From positions 14,136,001 through 14,200,000 of the forward strand of contig CM075983.1 in NCBI GenBank assembly GCA_038087875.1: 64,000 bases of DNA. The letters are read 5' to 3'. This DNA comes from Malacoraja senta (taxonomy: Eukaryota). Shown here one piece after another: positions 13,363 through 26,974 of this stretch. Below the pieces are notes generated by a model. It saw only the letters and a program-made list of their open reading frames with translations, made no database searches and was not told the DNA's origin. The position numbers and the translations under genes are program-made. How positions within the stretch are numbered: position 1 is the stretch's first letter; each line of letters starts with the position of its first letter.

Positions 13363-13440
13363 CTTGGGAATTCGGTTCTGGCAATGTTTCTCTGGCAACT
13401 AAATGCATCACTGTCATCCTTCCTGGAGGAAGCTTAAGGG
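13363..13440 (-). CDS. UBL3: UBL3 coding exon 4 (ALKLPPGRMTVMHLVARETLPEPNSQ)
   Basis: 78 nt with CAG acceptor and GTAAGG donor; frame is consistent with exons 3 and 5. Confidence 0.97.
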
Positions 13441-14739
13441 CTGTGAAGGAGGGTTTACAGAATACATTAGTATGATCAATATTGCATACCAGATTGCCTC
13501 ATTTGCATGCACAATCTTCCAATGTGGGTTGGAAAGAACTGGTTGAAAGTCAAGAGACTAAGTCATTAAAAGATTGGCAGCAATAACAACTGGTGAGTAT
13601 ATAATAGAAGTGTCATAGAACCCCTCTAGGTTGTCTTTAATTCAAGATTATAGCAAATTCACAAGCTCAACTTTTTCTGATCTCCATAAGCCTTAATGTT
13701 CTAAATAACAATAGGTGAACCCCCCAGGGCACTGATACCAATTACAGTAAAACTCTTAATCCTGGATTAAAAAAAAAAAAAAAAAAAATTTATGTTACAC
13801 ATTGTAGTACAATTAAAAATTCCAGTGAACAGAGTTGGTTTGAAGGGAACATGGGAAGTGAGAGTCTGGTCTATTGGAGGGAGCACATGAACTGGGGTGG
13901 GGCCCAGTAAACAGATGCACAAGTAGAACTTGTTTCTGAACAAGTAGATTCCTTTGTACTATTTACATCACTCTAGAAATCAGTCCTAGTTATCTCCAGA
14001 AACCATATACATTGTTCTAGACTCTGAAGCCAGAGTAATGAGCTGTATATGGACACTTAACTGTTGAGCTCAGAGTCTTCCGCTTCAATGAGACTATAGC
14101 CGATTCTTAAACTCCAGAGAGGGCAAGGCCCATGACCCTTAATCTATTCTTATAGGACAGGAATCCAAACCTAGTAATCAATGCAATGAATTTCCAAGGT
14201 ACATAAACCCTTCCCTGGGTATGGAGATTGCAGCTGTGCAGAGTGCTCCCAGCAATCTGACAAATGAAAATGTCACCATCTTTATCATAGACTTTGAAGA
14301 ATGCACTATGGCATGTGGACTGTGTGGAGAGCAGGAGATTATACGAACGAGGACAGTTTAACTAAGGCAAAGGCAAAAGGAATTAAATGGGGTATGGGCC
14401 AAGTCACCCATGTTAGATACAAGGAGTGAAGAGAAAAAGGGTGCTCATTAATTGATAAAACAGGAAGCAGATTTGGTTGCCAATGCGTACAAATCATTTT
14501 TGGAACACAAATATTCTTGGCAAGACCAGGATACATTATCAATTTAATCATACTTCCAAGACTCTCCCACCGCCCCCTTACCAGATAAAAATTAACTTAT
14601 GATTCTAATAAGCCTTCAAGGTAGCAGTGCATGTCCACACTTTAATATTTTATCTTTTCAGAATGTTGCATGAACATAGCCTAATCCTCTTAAAGTCTTT
14701 CAAATTGAAAGAAACGGCACGGGAAGATTATAAACTTGC

Positions 14740-14826
14740 CTCCCAAAGTGACATTTCCGTGCAAAAACCTTCCTTGGTAAATAAGCCGAAGAATAGTGGG
14801 ACTACTGATCCGTTCATCATCCCAAC
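14740..14826 (-). CDS. UBL3: UBL3 coding exon 3 (GWDDERISSPTILRLIYQGRFLHGNVTLG)
   Basis: 87 nt with TTGCAG acceptor and a non-canonical G|GCAAGT donor; contains the LRLIYQGRFLHGNVTLG hallmark. Confidence 0.96.
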
Positions 14827-16204
14827 CTGCAATAAAACAAATCAAAATCAAAAACAAAGGAAGCATCCAATGTAAAAGTTGGAATTTTGAACATGATCGC
14901 ACATCCAAGATTTATTGAGACAATGGTGCCATTTCAAAATACAAACTGTAATATCTAAAACATGGGGAAAAAAAACAATGCAAATGCACAAAAGCACTTT
15001 AATTCTCTCCTCAAATATGCAGCCCTTGATCCACAGTATCAAAATGGGGTATTTGGTCCCAGTGGAAACCCATTGCAAGACGTTTGATGAAGAAAATCTA
15101 AATAACACTGTGCTGTTAACTGCAACAGTTGAGAGAATAATGTAGTTTTCCCTCCACTCATCTCCATCATCTACCTGCCTGTCTCCATTCCTTCCCATCC
15201 TTAGCCATAGTTCACCCCTTCCCAGACCACCCATCTTTGTCTCACAATTCCTCTCCTCATTATACCAGCTATCTTCCCTCTTAATTTAGTTCTGATGAAG
15301 GGTTTTGACACAAAATGTTAGCCATGCTGCTCAACCCACTGAGTTTCTCCTGCAGATCGTTGAAGTCCATTAAATCTTCTCAGTAACATCATGTATTCAC
15401 ATTAAGAATGGTCACTATAAAGGGATTCGTCCAATGACCCACACCTTCTTCCATAAAGGTACTACAGCATAATCACAGGCATAGAGCAAGACATTTCAAC
15501 CTTGATTTTAGTTTCATTTTCTTGGATGCTCAAATTGGCACGAACCTCAAACTTATGCTCTGTGCATTTTAACTAAAAGTTTTAATTTAGTGTCTAAAGT
15601 TAAAAATAAATGTTTACCATAAAGCCTCTCAAATCCCTCCAGAATAAATAAATCCCCACGCTCCCCAAAAAAGTAGCCTTTTTTTTCCCTCAGCCACACC
15701 GAGTACCCTCACCACAAGGACAACCACCACCCTCTCGAGTACAGTTAGGAGTGGCCATTCAATGCCAGCATTGCCATCGATGCCCAGTCACTACACAGCA
15801 ACACTACAAATTGCTGCCTTGCACAGACAGGTGAAAACTTCGTCCCAGTAAGAATCCAAATGTCTAGATTCTCTCAGTAAGAAAGCTGGCTGATCAATCA
15901 CAAGCAATGCATTGATCTAGAGTAAATATGTCCAACTCAGATGCCAATAAATTTCTATTCTAAAAAACAGACCCATTAAAGCAGCAATAGAAGCCATTTA
16001 ATAAAATATTTCACCCACGTTTTAAATCATTTCAAATTGAAAATTTTACCAACTATAGTTAGGCTATCAAAGTTAATCTTTCACTAAAGGTTCCTCCCTC
16101 AATTCAAAATCATTGTCTACATCTTCTCACTGCATAAATAAATTGAAAAGCCTCACGCATCAGATCACAAAAGCAATGAATGCTTCACATTCACTTTTAT
16201 TTCC

Positions 16205-16898
16205 TTTCCCATTGCACCTGTCTGTCTTTTTTAGTTATTTTTAGTGTGTTTAAAAAGTATGTGATAATGTTCTCTGATTTGATTTATGTGGGGAGGGGGG
16301 GGGGGGGGAAGGAGATTTTTTTTTCAATATCTTACCTTGCCGGAGATGTGATTGTTTTCCGGACCGTATCTCCGGTTGCTCAGCGGCCTAACATTGTGGA
16401 GCTGGAGGCCTTGCTCGGAACTGACTGAGCCCCACCGCGAGGCATGGACTTACCATCGGAGCAGATTCCTTGCCTGGGATCGACGCTCCAACCGCGGCCT
16501 TTAACATCAAGGAGCTCATAGTCTCGGGTTGAGACCAATGTCGGGAAGCTCCAAAAGCCACACGACGTTCGACTAGCCCCGACCCGGGGTAGATCGCCCA
16601 CCGCGGGGGAGCTGAGACTCCCCCCCGATGCAGGAGCTTGATCGCCCCAACGCCGGCTACGGAGTAAGAGCATCCCGTCAACAGAAGGTTAGAGGCCCCG
16701 GACCACTGGAGGACAAAGGGAGAAATTGAACTTTATCGCCTTCCATCATAGTGAGGAATGCGGAGGAGTCACTGTGGTGGATGTTCATATTAAAATGTAT
16801 TTTGTGTGTTCTGTTGCTTTTTATTGGTATGGCTGTATGGCAAATGAAATTCCTTATATTTTGCAAAACATGCTTGGCTAATAAAGTATGATTATGAT
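16205..16898 (+). mobile_element. GC/CpG-rich non-autonomous retroelement-like insertion, family unassigned
   Basis: Sharp compositional change with CpGs retained; ends in AATAAAGTATGATTATGAT, a LINE-like tail. No intact ORF. Confidence 0.5.
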
Positions 16899-17293
16899 AA
16901 ATATTGCAATGCCACACTACTGCTGTATTCTATCACAGCAGTATTTGTCCATTTATTTCACCTTTTCTATTAATATCATTAGCTTTAGTAATATTTTAGG
17001 CTGACAATGTTAAAGTGTGGCAATGTTCGAGTTTTGTAGTGCTTTTCAGATGACGAGCTAATTGGAACCAATTGTCTTTTTGGAACCAATGTCACTATGA
17101 TCCAGACAACCTGTTTAACTGTTTTTAGCTCTTCATCTGAAAAGCACATCAAAACAGAAAATCTATTACAATTCGGTTAAATCATGAATTATCTGGCTTT
17201 TATTTTAAAATATTACTTCGTCACATTCATGATATTTAGATATGTGGAACGTTTAACACAATAAAAACCTGGTAGAATATCTGGAACACTTAC

Positions 17294-17402
17294 CCACGGG
17301 CCAGTTTTCATAGACATGTTTTGCAATATCCGAGGCAGAATCATTCGGTGAAAACACAAACTCTTGAGTCTTTCCACTAACTAAAATAAGGCGCAGATTT
17401 AC
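17294..17402 (-). CDS. UBL3: UBL3 coding exon 2 (VNLRLILVSGKTQEFVFSPNDSASDIAKHVYENWPV)
   Basis: 109 nt with CAG acceptor and GTAAGT donor; near-identical to UBL3 INLRLILVSGKTKEFLFSPNDSASDIAKHVYDNWP. Confidence 0.97.
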
Positions 17403-19018
17403 CTGTAGATCAGAGAAGGGGACAGAAATTAACTGGAGCAAAGATAGCCAATACGGCCCAAAATCAATATTCCATGTTGGCCAGAGGTATACAAACCTCG
17501 CTAAACATTCTTACAAATAAACAATCATTTCTGTCAAAGAACAAACTGGGACATTTCTCACCAGACAGTGACAGTCGTGTTGTGTACATGCACATTAGCA
17601 TGCATCAAGCTACACCAAAAATGATCTTTGGACTAAAGCTAAAATTCAACTCCAACAATCCAAGGTAGGCAGTGTGGGCAGGAATTGAGTAGTCAGGATT
17701 CTTGTAGCCAAAATTGAAAATAAACTTAGCTGACAGAAATCTGAATAAAGAGCAAGAGAAATCCTCATTCAGCCAGACTTTACCGATGGAGGGAAAAAGT
17801 GTCAGGCTGTCATTTTGTCAATCTAAAGTGTTAACTGTTTCCCTCGACTCAGCCCGCTATATATTTCCAGCATTGCTGTTTTCAATTAATATTCACAGAA
17901 CAATGTAATTTCATGGAGAAGGGAACCAGCATCAATCACTACCATCATTCCCAAACCCCATTCTACCAATCAGATAATGGTCACTCAGGGTTGAAATTAA
18001 GCAAAGAGCAGCCAACATCCCTGCAGACTAAATTCATTGAACTAAAATTCAAGGAAATAGCTTGTAATATATTACCCAAACACCATGGAGCAATAAAATG
18101 GAGACAAAAAAGACTGCAGATGATGTAATCTTCAGCAAGTAAATGCTGGAGGAATTCAGCAGGCTAGGCAAGATTTGTGGAAGGAAAAGGTCAATGTTTC
18201 AGGGCAGGACTCTTCTTCAGACATCGAAAGAGGACCAACAACCTGAAACATGAACTGTCCTTCTCCCTCCATGCTTGCTGGCTTGCTGAGTTGCCCTTGG
18301 TGCTTTCTTTTTCACTTCAGGGCAGATGAGTTTTCCAGGAAAACAACACTTTAAATAAAATGGGATACCTCAAAGTCAAGAAAATGACTCTACATTTATG
18401 TTTACAGAACAGGCTGACAGTAGGTATTAAATATTAATATAATGATTCCTGCAGCATGCTGAATGGAATTTAATGAGCAAAGAATACATCAGGACTGACA
18501 ATAAAGTTTGACCCTTGGGAAGTTGCCAGGAATCAACCAAAAATCTATTAAGACTGGAAGAAATTCAGAATTGTTCCGATCACTGAATTCTGGTCCCTTT
18601 TACACAAGAGTTTAAAAATGGATCTTGGGCTATCAAAAGATTGCAGTGCACATGAAACTACCATAAAATGGGCACATTAATCTGAAATATAATCCGAGTA
18701 AAGAAGTTTTTCAACAGCGATTAGATTTCTACAGCATCATATAGATATATAATACTTTGGTAAATGGCCATGTGCAAGCATTTCTGAGCAGAGTAGCCCA
18801 TACTGAAGGGATACAAACCCTTTAAACAATCTGCTTCAATCCATGAGTAGCCATAGTGTAATCAGTGGCAAGGGATTTAGAAGCCTGCTAATGTACGTAA
18901 TACCTGGCCACAGCAGATCCCAGCATGACCAAGCCTACATACATTCTGTCTTTAGGATCTTAACCCAAAACGTCACCCATTCCTTTTCTCCAGAGTTGCT
19001 GCCTGACCCGCTGAGTTA

Positions 19019-19493
19019 AGGGCCTGTCCCACGGGCATGCAACTCCATGCGGCAAGCGCGACCTAACCGGAAGCAGAGGTCGCGGGGCCGGTCCCACTTC
19101 GATCGCCGGAGCCGTATGGAGTTGTGCGGAGCTGGTCCCGACATCGCACGGGGCTCCGAAAAACTGACACTGTTCAAAAATTCCGTGCGGCAACGGCCTG
19201 CCGCCCCGCAGCCGCATCGAGGCCGTGCACGCCGCATTGACGGCCTTGCGCGCCGCATTGACGGCCGTGCGCACCGCCTCGAGGCCGTGCGCACCGCCTC
19301 GACGCCATACGCACCGTCTTGACGTCACTCGACCTCCGCGCATCCCCCACTTCCGGTTTTGTAGCGCTTGCCGCATGCCGCCGCATGTTGGTGGGACCGG
19401 CCCTGTACGGGGATCACTCGACCTCCGCGCGGCCCCCGCTTCCGGTTAGGTCGTGCTTGCCGCATGGTGTCGCATGCCCGTGGGACAGCCCCT
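19019..19493. mobile_element. PIF/Harbinger-type MITE inserted into a Penelope-derived short element
   Basis: Long imperfect TIRs AGGGCCTGTCCCACGGGCATGC...GCATGCCCGTGGGACAGCCCCT and a TTA TSD that splits the host motif CTGAG-TTA-CTCCAG. Confidence 0.85.
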
Positions 19494-20871
19494 TTACTCC
19501 AGAATTTTGTGTCTATCTTCAGTGTAAACCAGCATCTGCAGTTCCTTTCTATACAAACCCTCCTTAGTTGTCAAGGAGGCATCTGCAGAGTATCAAACCC
19601 TGACATCTGCAGAGTGCCCTTGTCCAGTTGTGAGTGAAGTTCCATAACCAAACTTGAAGTTTGCCTCTCTTGTACAGTGGCGACTTCATCACAAGAAAAA
19701 CTTTGCTTTCTTAGCTCTCCAGGAGAAAAAGTCACAGCCTCACTTTCCTCTGCAGCTATTTCTCCTTATTTCAGTCCTGAATAGCTTCTTATTTTGAGAC
19801 CATCCAGCCAGGGTAAATCTCTATTGCAAGAGGATTTGGGTACAAAAATACAATTTTAGAGAGCTTGACAATGTATGTCTCAATAAGATTGCTTCTCATT
19901 GTTCAATGCTCTAGGGATTAGAAACGGACTTAGTCACACCCTCATAACAGAATTGGCAGAAGATTAGCTTCTAGTGATGCTGGACATCTCAAGAGGAAAC
20001 CGATGGATCATCCACTCAGCAATCTTGGCTGATGGTGGCTCCAAATGTTTTATTCCGATCGAGTACTCCCATGCTGGGCTCTGCTAAATGATGGAGATGC
20101 CCATTAACTATTTACCACACCTAGACAGGACAGGTATTCAAAGGTTCAATGAGATTTGTTGGTTGCATGACCACTTCATTCTGTCTCCTGCAGATCATCT
20201 TACAATGCTGCTTCACCAGGTTTATGCCTTGTCTTTAGGTATACCTTGTGCTGCTCCCAGTTAGCCCTTCCAATTCCTGATTGTGCCATCTAACATCACA
20301 GGGCGACAGATATTGCAGATGAAAGCTAGACTGGTGTACTTTTTGCTGCTGATGGTCAACCGTGTCTCACTGATGCCCAATTTTGAACAGCCAGATGTGT
20401 TGATTCTCCCGCTCAACATTATGATTGTGGTGTTACACATTGGGGGGGAACATCTCCAATGTAAAGACAGAGCTATGTTCCAAAAAGGGCTGTGCATTGG
20501 CCATTTGTGCCATTGCTATCATGGACAATGTCATTGCAACAGGCAGGTTAGCAACAATGAGGTCAAAGTTTACTCACAACCTTCTCTGGACCTAGTTAGC
20601 CAGCCATATCCTTCACAACTTATCACTGATAAGCTGACTGTTAACAAGGTGACAGACAATGAAGTCCCAACCCAGTTTGTGCTTTGGCTCCTTTCAGCAC
20701 TGCTTCTAAATATTGTTTAACAAGCAATAGCACCAATTTATCAGCTGATGGATAGCAATCAGGTGGTGGTTCGCTTACCCACGTTTGACCAATACCACAA
20801 GCCTTCATAGTCAAAAATCGATGTCAAGGCCTCTCAGGCTTCTTCCCACCCATACACTATACCACTAACTC

Positions 20872-21039
20872 AGGTTGGTTTGTCCTGCCAGTCAAGTAAG
20901 GTGCAAGGGAATCTGATAAGTAAAGAATCTGCAAGCAAGGAATCAGAATTAAAGCTTGGATGACTAGATTCCTTGCTTGCAGATTCTTTACTTATCAGAT
21001 TCCCTTGCACCTTACTTGACTGGCAGGACAAACCAACCT
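20872..21039. repeat. Perfect 73-bp inverted repeat with a 22-nt spacer
   Basis: 20872-20944 is the exact reverse complement of 20967-21039. Confidence 0.95.
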
Positions 21040-24000
21040 TTAAAAAAAAAAGTCCTGAAGACCAGTTGCATGTTCTCCTTGTGACCGTGTGGGTTTTCTC
21101 CAGTGCTCCAGCTATCTCCAACATGCCAAAGATGTGCAGGTTAATTCACCTCAATAAAATTATTCCTAATATGTAGGATGGGAAAGCGGGATAACATAGA
21201 ACTGGGGGAATTGGTGATCCATGGTCAACGTGGACCTGATGGGCTGTTTCCATGTTGTACCTCCAAACTATGTCTCCAAAACATCTTCTCGGGTATCTTT
21301 AAAAGTTATATAGTACCGATTTAAAATGTCATGCATTCAAAATTAAATTATTTGTTAAATCAATTTCAAGCCTTTTCGATATACTGCCCCTAGCATTACA
21401 ATAAGATTAAACTTCCTATGAATGCATTCTACTGATTTAGTTCAACAGCCCTTGCCTATGCTGTTGTGCTGCTCTGTATTGATGACAGACATGTGGCACC
21501 AAAAACATCAACGTTTTAAGATCAGAAGGTTTTTGGGGGGATTAGGTTTGACTGCTTTGGGGCACGTTGACAATCAGAAAAGCTGCATGACAGCATTCAA
21601 AAATAGTACAACAAATTAATGGCAAAATAAAAATGTGCTGGAGGAACCAAGCAGGTCAGACAACACATGTGCAGTGAAGTGGATAGATGATATATTGCAT
21701 CAGGACCCTTCAGATAGAGAGAGTAGAGAGATGATAGTTGGGAGAAAGACCAGAGTGGAAGGGTTGGGGCAAGAACTGGCAAGTGATAGATGGATCCAAG
21801 TACAGAAGGGTTAATAACACTGCTTACAAAGCTAACAAATTGATGACTATGCTGAACAATGGTTTATTTTAGTTAACAAATTGCAGCCAAAAATGAAGTT
21901 ACATTATGAAAATCTCAAGTTTAAAGCATTCAATTTCATTTTGGTATTGCAATATCCTGAAATGCCACCAGAGACCTTTAGCAAGCTAGAATTCTCCTAA
22001 TAAATAGACATTTAATGTGAAGGAATGTTCAAGTCTCCCATTAACCTTCTGTGTCCCCAAGGAGGAAAAAAAGTCAATAGTTATCAACGTTCATACTGTT
22101 TGTGGCTCTGCACGCCAAGATCTTGGCTTGTGGCTGTGATTTGTTCAGGATGCAAAGAATGCAAATTTAAATTCAACAACCTATAATGCACGATCAGAAG
22201 ACCAGAAATAGCTTTAGTATGCACAAAAAGAGAACCAAAGAGAATCACAATGTACTGGACTAAGAAAAAAGTCTAGGTTTAATGGAAAGAGAAAAGAACA
22301 CCTGAGAACTGGAGTCACACTATAAACGTCTTCACCCTTCTCCTTCTTTCTGAAAGCCACAACCCGTTGATGGGCTGAATGGCCCTATTTTGTGCTGCAA
22401 GATTTTATTACTGAGATGGTGCAAGAGAGAAACAATTTCCAAATTTAAGGACACTTACCCAGTTCTCTCACTTTAATGTTAGGATTAACATGTTAATGGG
22501 GAGTGTAGGATAGAACTGTATATACTGGTTTACACTGAAGATAGACTCAAAATGCAGAAGTAACAGCGTGTCAGGCAGCATCTCTGGAGAGAAGGAATGG
22601 GTGATGTTTTGGGGCGAGACCCTTCTTCAGACCGAGGGGAGAATGGCTGAAGGGGAGGATGGGAGAGCAGCTGACTAATACAAGAAAAAGTGATATAGTC
22701 AACCAACTAACTGGTGCCATTGACTGCACAGTCGAAAAAGCAAAACATCTGGGAACAATAGGTTCAGGCAAAGTCAGAGCCCATTTCACTGGTCCTTGCA
22801 GTACCATCTGTTACTGGCAGACAACGAGTAGTCTCAAACTGCAACACAATGACACATTCTTAGGTGAAATATCTCAGCAGCAGTAGTGTGGAAATGCAAC
22901 TAGCATTTTAATGAGGGTCTGTGCCCCATGCACCCAATCACAAGCAAAATATTAAGATTTAAAGCAGCTGTGTGTTGGAATACAGTCTTCAGTTTATGCT
23001 CTTGTCTAGATCCAGCCTTAGCTATAATATCCAAACTAAAGAGTATTCCAAATCTAATTCCAAATAATTGCAAATCTTAGGCAAAGCGTTTCCCATGTTT
23101 TACAAATTTTATTTCACACTAACAGATGGCAGATGCTACATGTCCAGAAGGACAAATTCATTGTTTCTGTTAGACTGCAACTTTAGTTTCTTTCTTTTAG
23201 AGATGATGGGAATGGCAGGTGAATGATGTTATACTTTGTGGAGCAAATTAAACAGTTCTGACTTCAATAGATAGCCTAGCAACCTGCCAATTAAAACTCA
23301 TGCTTGTGTCTCCCCTTAATTTAAAACAAAATCCAAAACATTTTTCCACCAGAAATCAACTAATAAATTCTCTTACTTACACCTGCTCAGAAAAGACAGG
23401 CTATGGGTTCTATTCATTTGCATTTTATCCAGATTAACTCCAAAGATATACAGGTTTGTACATTAACTGGCTTGGTATAAATTAAAAAAATTGGCCCTCG
23501 TGTGTGTAGGATAGTGTTAACCAGCTATCGCTGGTCGGTGCGGACTCGGTGGGCCTTTTATCCGTGCTGTATCTCCAAACTACACCGTTTCGTTGTAAGA
23601 TATTAATCAAATTCCTCAGCAGTTATTGAATCTGCCTCAACACATCTTTGCCAAAGTTCTCTCATTGTGACTAGATAAATCAAAAGATTGAGATGTAAGC
23701 AACAGTCCTAATGTTATGACAGCTGGTTTGTCAGAAGTTACTGCCATGCTGGAGTTGACCTACAGTTTAGATTTTGAAATTACTGTTACTGGGAATGCTT
23801 GAGATTTGACAGTGGGTTGATTTGTTGAACCTCAAAATGAGTTAGTAGCTATGAGATGGTGTGGTTGGCAGTATGCTGCTAATACATTTACACTTTTCAC
23901 TGCAAGTTGAACTACAAATTATGAATAGTTAAATGCTGTCTGCTGTGTACCACTAATCACAGAAACCCATACCAAATCATATCAACTGTTGATCCTACTG

Positions 24001-24924
24001 GAAGGAAGGAAAAAGTTAATCGTGCCTTTTTTTGCCTGAATCCACAATTCTACACTTGAGAAAGCCAGCTAGAAATAATTCAACCTACTGTAGCATGATC
24101 AATAATGCAAAAAACAAACTAGTAAATGTATAAAACCCATACCAATGGGATTTGAACAGCTGTAGTGGATCCCAGATGCAACACTAAGATTCTTACTTGC
24201 ATTTTCTCCCATTCCTTTATAATAAATACATTTAAAAGCCACTGTCCTATTAGCAGAGTGATAAGAGTAGGATGCATCAATATTTATGTGCTGCATTTAA
24301 ATGCAATTAGGTGCATCACCATGGGACAGTGGTGACGTGTGGTAAATGAATAGCAACAATTTGTTGAATTCAGAGAAGGAGGTAAAACCAAAAAGCCTGC
24401 AATCAATGACATTACCATAATGAGACCTATAAATCCATTGGGAATTTATACTTGAATTACATACCCTGCACCCAACTCAATTACCAACCAATTACTTTGA
24501 AACCAAAAGCATTCAAACCTATTTATGGTTCACAACACATTGAGTTGCCAACAAATTCTTGAAAACCAAACACATCTTTAATGTCAAGGATGTGCAATCG
24601 ATTCCACCAAGATCAGAAAGTGACCTTTCCTCCTTCTGAAACGGTCCATTGAAAATTATGTACACAATATTTTGCTTGTTTCCATATCGTAAAGATACCA
24701 AACATGCATCACCCCATTCTCAAACCACTAACGATCGTGTATTCTTACAACAGTGGATGAATGATCATTGACCCAAAATATGGACGCCATTTCTCTTCAC
24801 AGTTGTCACTAGATCTGCTGAATGCTTGCTTAATTTTTTCCACATGGAAATCCTGCCCGATCTTTTTTTATTCTTCCCATAACTAGCCGCATAAATCCAT
24901 TGGGAATTTACGCCTTATTCATGC

Positions 24925-25490
24925 TAAAATCTGGAGTATTGCGTGCAATTTTGGTCCCCTAAAACCTGGAGTATTGTGTGCAATTTTGGTCTCCTAATTT
25001 GAGGAAGGACATTATTACTGTTGAGGGAGTGCAGTGTAGGTTCACCAGGTTAATTCCCGGGATGGCAGAACTGACATACAATGAAACAATGGGTCGACTG
25101 GGCTTGTATTCACTGGAATTTAGAAGGATGAGAGGGAATCGGATAGAAACATATAAAATCCTTAAGACGATTGGACAGGGTAGATGCAGGAAAAATGTCC
25201 CTGATGTTGGGGGAGTCCAGAACCAGGGGGTCACAGGTTAAGAATAAGGGGGAGGCCATTTAGGACTGAGATGAGGAAAAACATTTTCACCCAGACAGTT
25301 GTGAATCTAGAATTCTCTGCCACAGAAGGCAGTGGAGGCCAATTGACTGGATGTTTTCAGAGAGTTAAATTTAGCTGTCAGGGCTAAGGGAATCAAGGGA
25401 TATGGGGAAAAAAGCCAGAACGGGGTACTGATTTTGGATGATCAGCCATGAAGGGCCGAATGGCCTAATCCTGCACCTATTTTCTGTGTT
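24925..25490 (+). mobile_element. CR1 LINE 3' fragment in UBL3 intron 1, with a ~35-bp tandem duplication at its 5' junction
   Basis: LEYCVQFWSPNLRKDI...LYSLEFRRMRG; CTGGAGTATTG(C/T)GTGCAATTTTGGT occurs twice. Confidence 0.85.
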
Positions 25491-26974
25491 TTTACAATTT
25501 TTGCCCACAATTCAAACATCTTTTAATAATTCATTTCCACCTTAAGTACTTATAAAACACCTAGCCACAATCATTCACAGCAGAGAATTCCAAGAGATTT
25601 ACCACCCTGAAAATAAATGTCTATACATTTAATTCTCAAATGACTAGCCCTTTATTTTGTAATTACTGTCCCTTGGTTAAGACTCTCCAACAAAAGAAAA
25701 TATTTTATCACTCCTCATTCTTCTAAACTCCAAATAATAATAGATCTAAATTGTTCAGCCTCTCTTTTCAAGCTATTTTACCTATAATTTCCCAAACACA
25801 TGTTGTTGATGTCCATGACATTTGAATAACAGTAAAATCATCTTTTAATTTGAAGATCATAATTTAATTTGAAGATGAAATGCATTGACCATTTGATCAA
25901 AAAGTTTACATTTCAAACTGTCCCATTGCACAGCATTAGACTCGTCAACTAAGGAGAATATAGAAATTCAAAATGAAGCAACTTCAAAACTTACAGGATC
26001 AGGTATTAACCAATTTTAGGTAGATCTTTGAAATTCCACACAAAATAACAGTTGATTGTTGCTTCGAATAGGCCCAGGCAAAAGCAATATATTTTGTACT
26101 CTTGGAGATACAAGGAACTGTAGACTGAGAAAAGTCCAGACTCGAAACATCACCCATCCATGTCCTCCAGAGATGCAGCCTGACCTGCTGAGTTACTCCA
26201 GCACTTTGTTTTATTTTGTGCTCCTGACAACTCTATGCAGTATTCTTACATGGACTTGTTAAACTATTAATACAAGAAAGTATATATATTTTTTAAGAGA
26301 TGAGATTCTCAAGTTCCCTTACTTTGGCAGGCAAATTATTTTCCACATGGCCAGTGGTTTGTGACTGTGTGTACCATCTGTTCCAATTTTAGCATTAACA
26401 AATAGAGTAGGATAAAATTTAAAAGATGGCATTGTATTACCCTATATTTAATCAAAAGAGCAGCCAGTACTCAAATGAATGTTGAAAATATCCCATTTTC
26501 AAACCACAAGTAGAGTCATCGCCATGGTAAATGAACTCCCAATGATCCTACGCAAAAGTAATTCCACATCATAGATCCAACATCTGATCGCTCTTCTTTC
26601 AGCAATGAGGCAAAAGTATAAGGGAATAAAACTTGAATCAGTGGGAATTGTACCTAAATGTACCCAGCAGACCCAATGTACCTAAAAACCTATTTGCAAT
26701 AATGTCCCAACCTTCTAATCTGATGACCAGCTGAAGAAAACTGGCAGGAAACACGTGATAAGTCCAGTATCAGCTTTGTCTCAGCTCACTGAACAAATTG
26801 TGGCAGATTTCACTGCAAATATTGCCTCTCTCCAGCTTCCTTAAATTTTAAGCAACACTTTTCCAGTTGTTATTGTAAATCACATCAATCTACAGTTATT
26901 TGCAGAATGATTCAGTCACTGGTCAGATCACACAAAAAAGATACTGGTTTATTGGAGTAATGAACCACAATATG

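Noticed and set aside
18960-19637. Cluster of Arg/Ala-rich ORFs and an apparent CpG island
   Set aside because: All derive from the GC-rich palindromic Harbinger MITE; there is no gene structure.
19900-20870. 145-aa ORF 20283-20720 as a novel gene
   Set aside because: No recognisable domain or splice support; the region looks like a heavily decayed retroelement that I could not classify.
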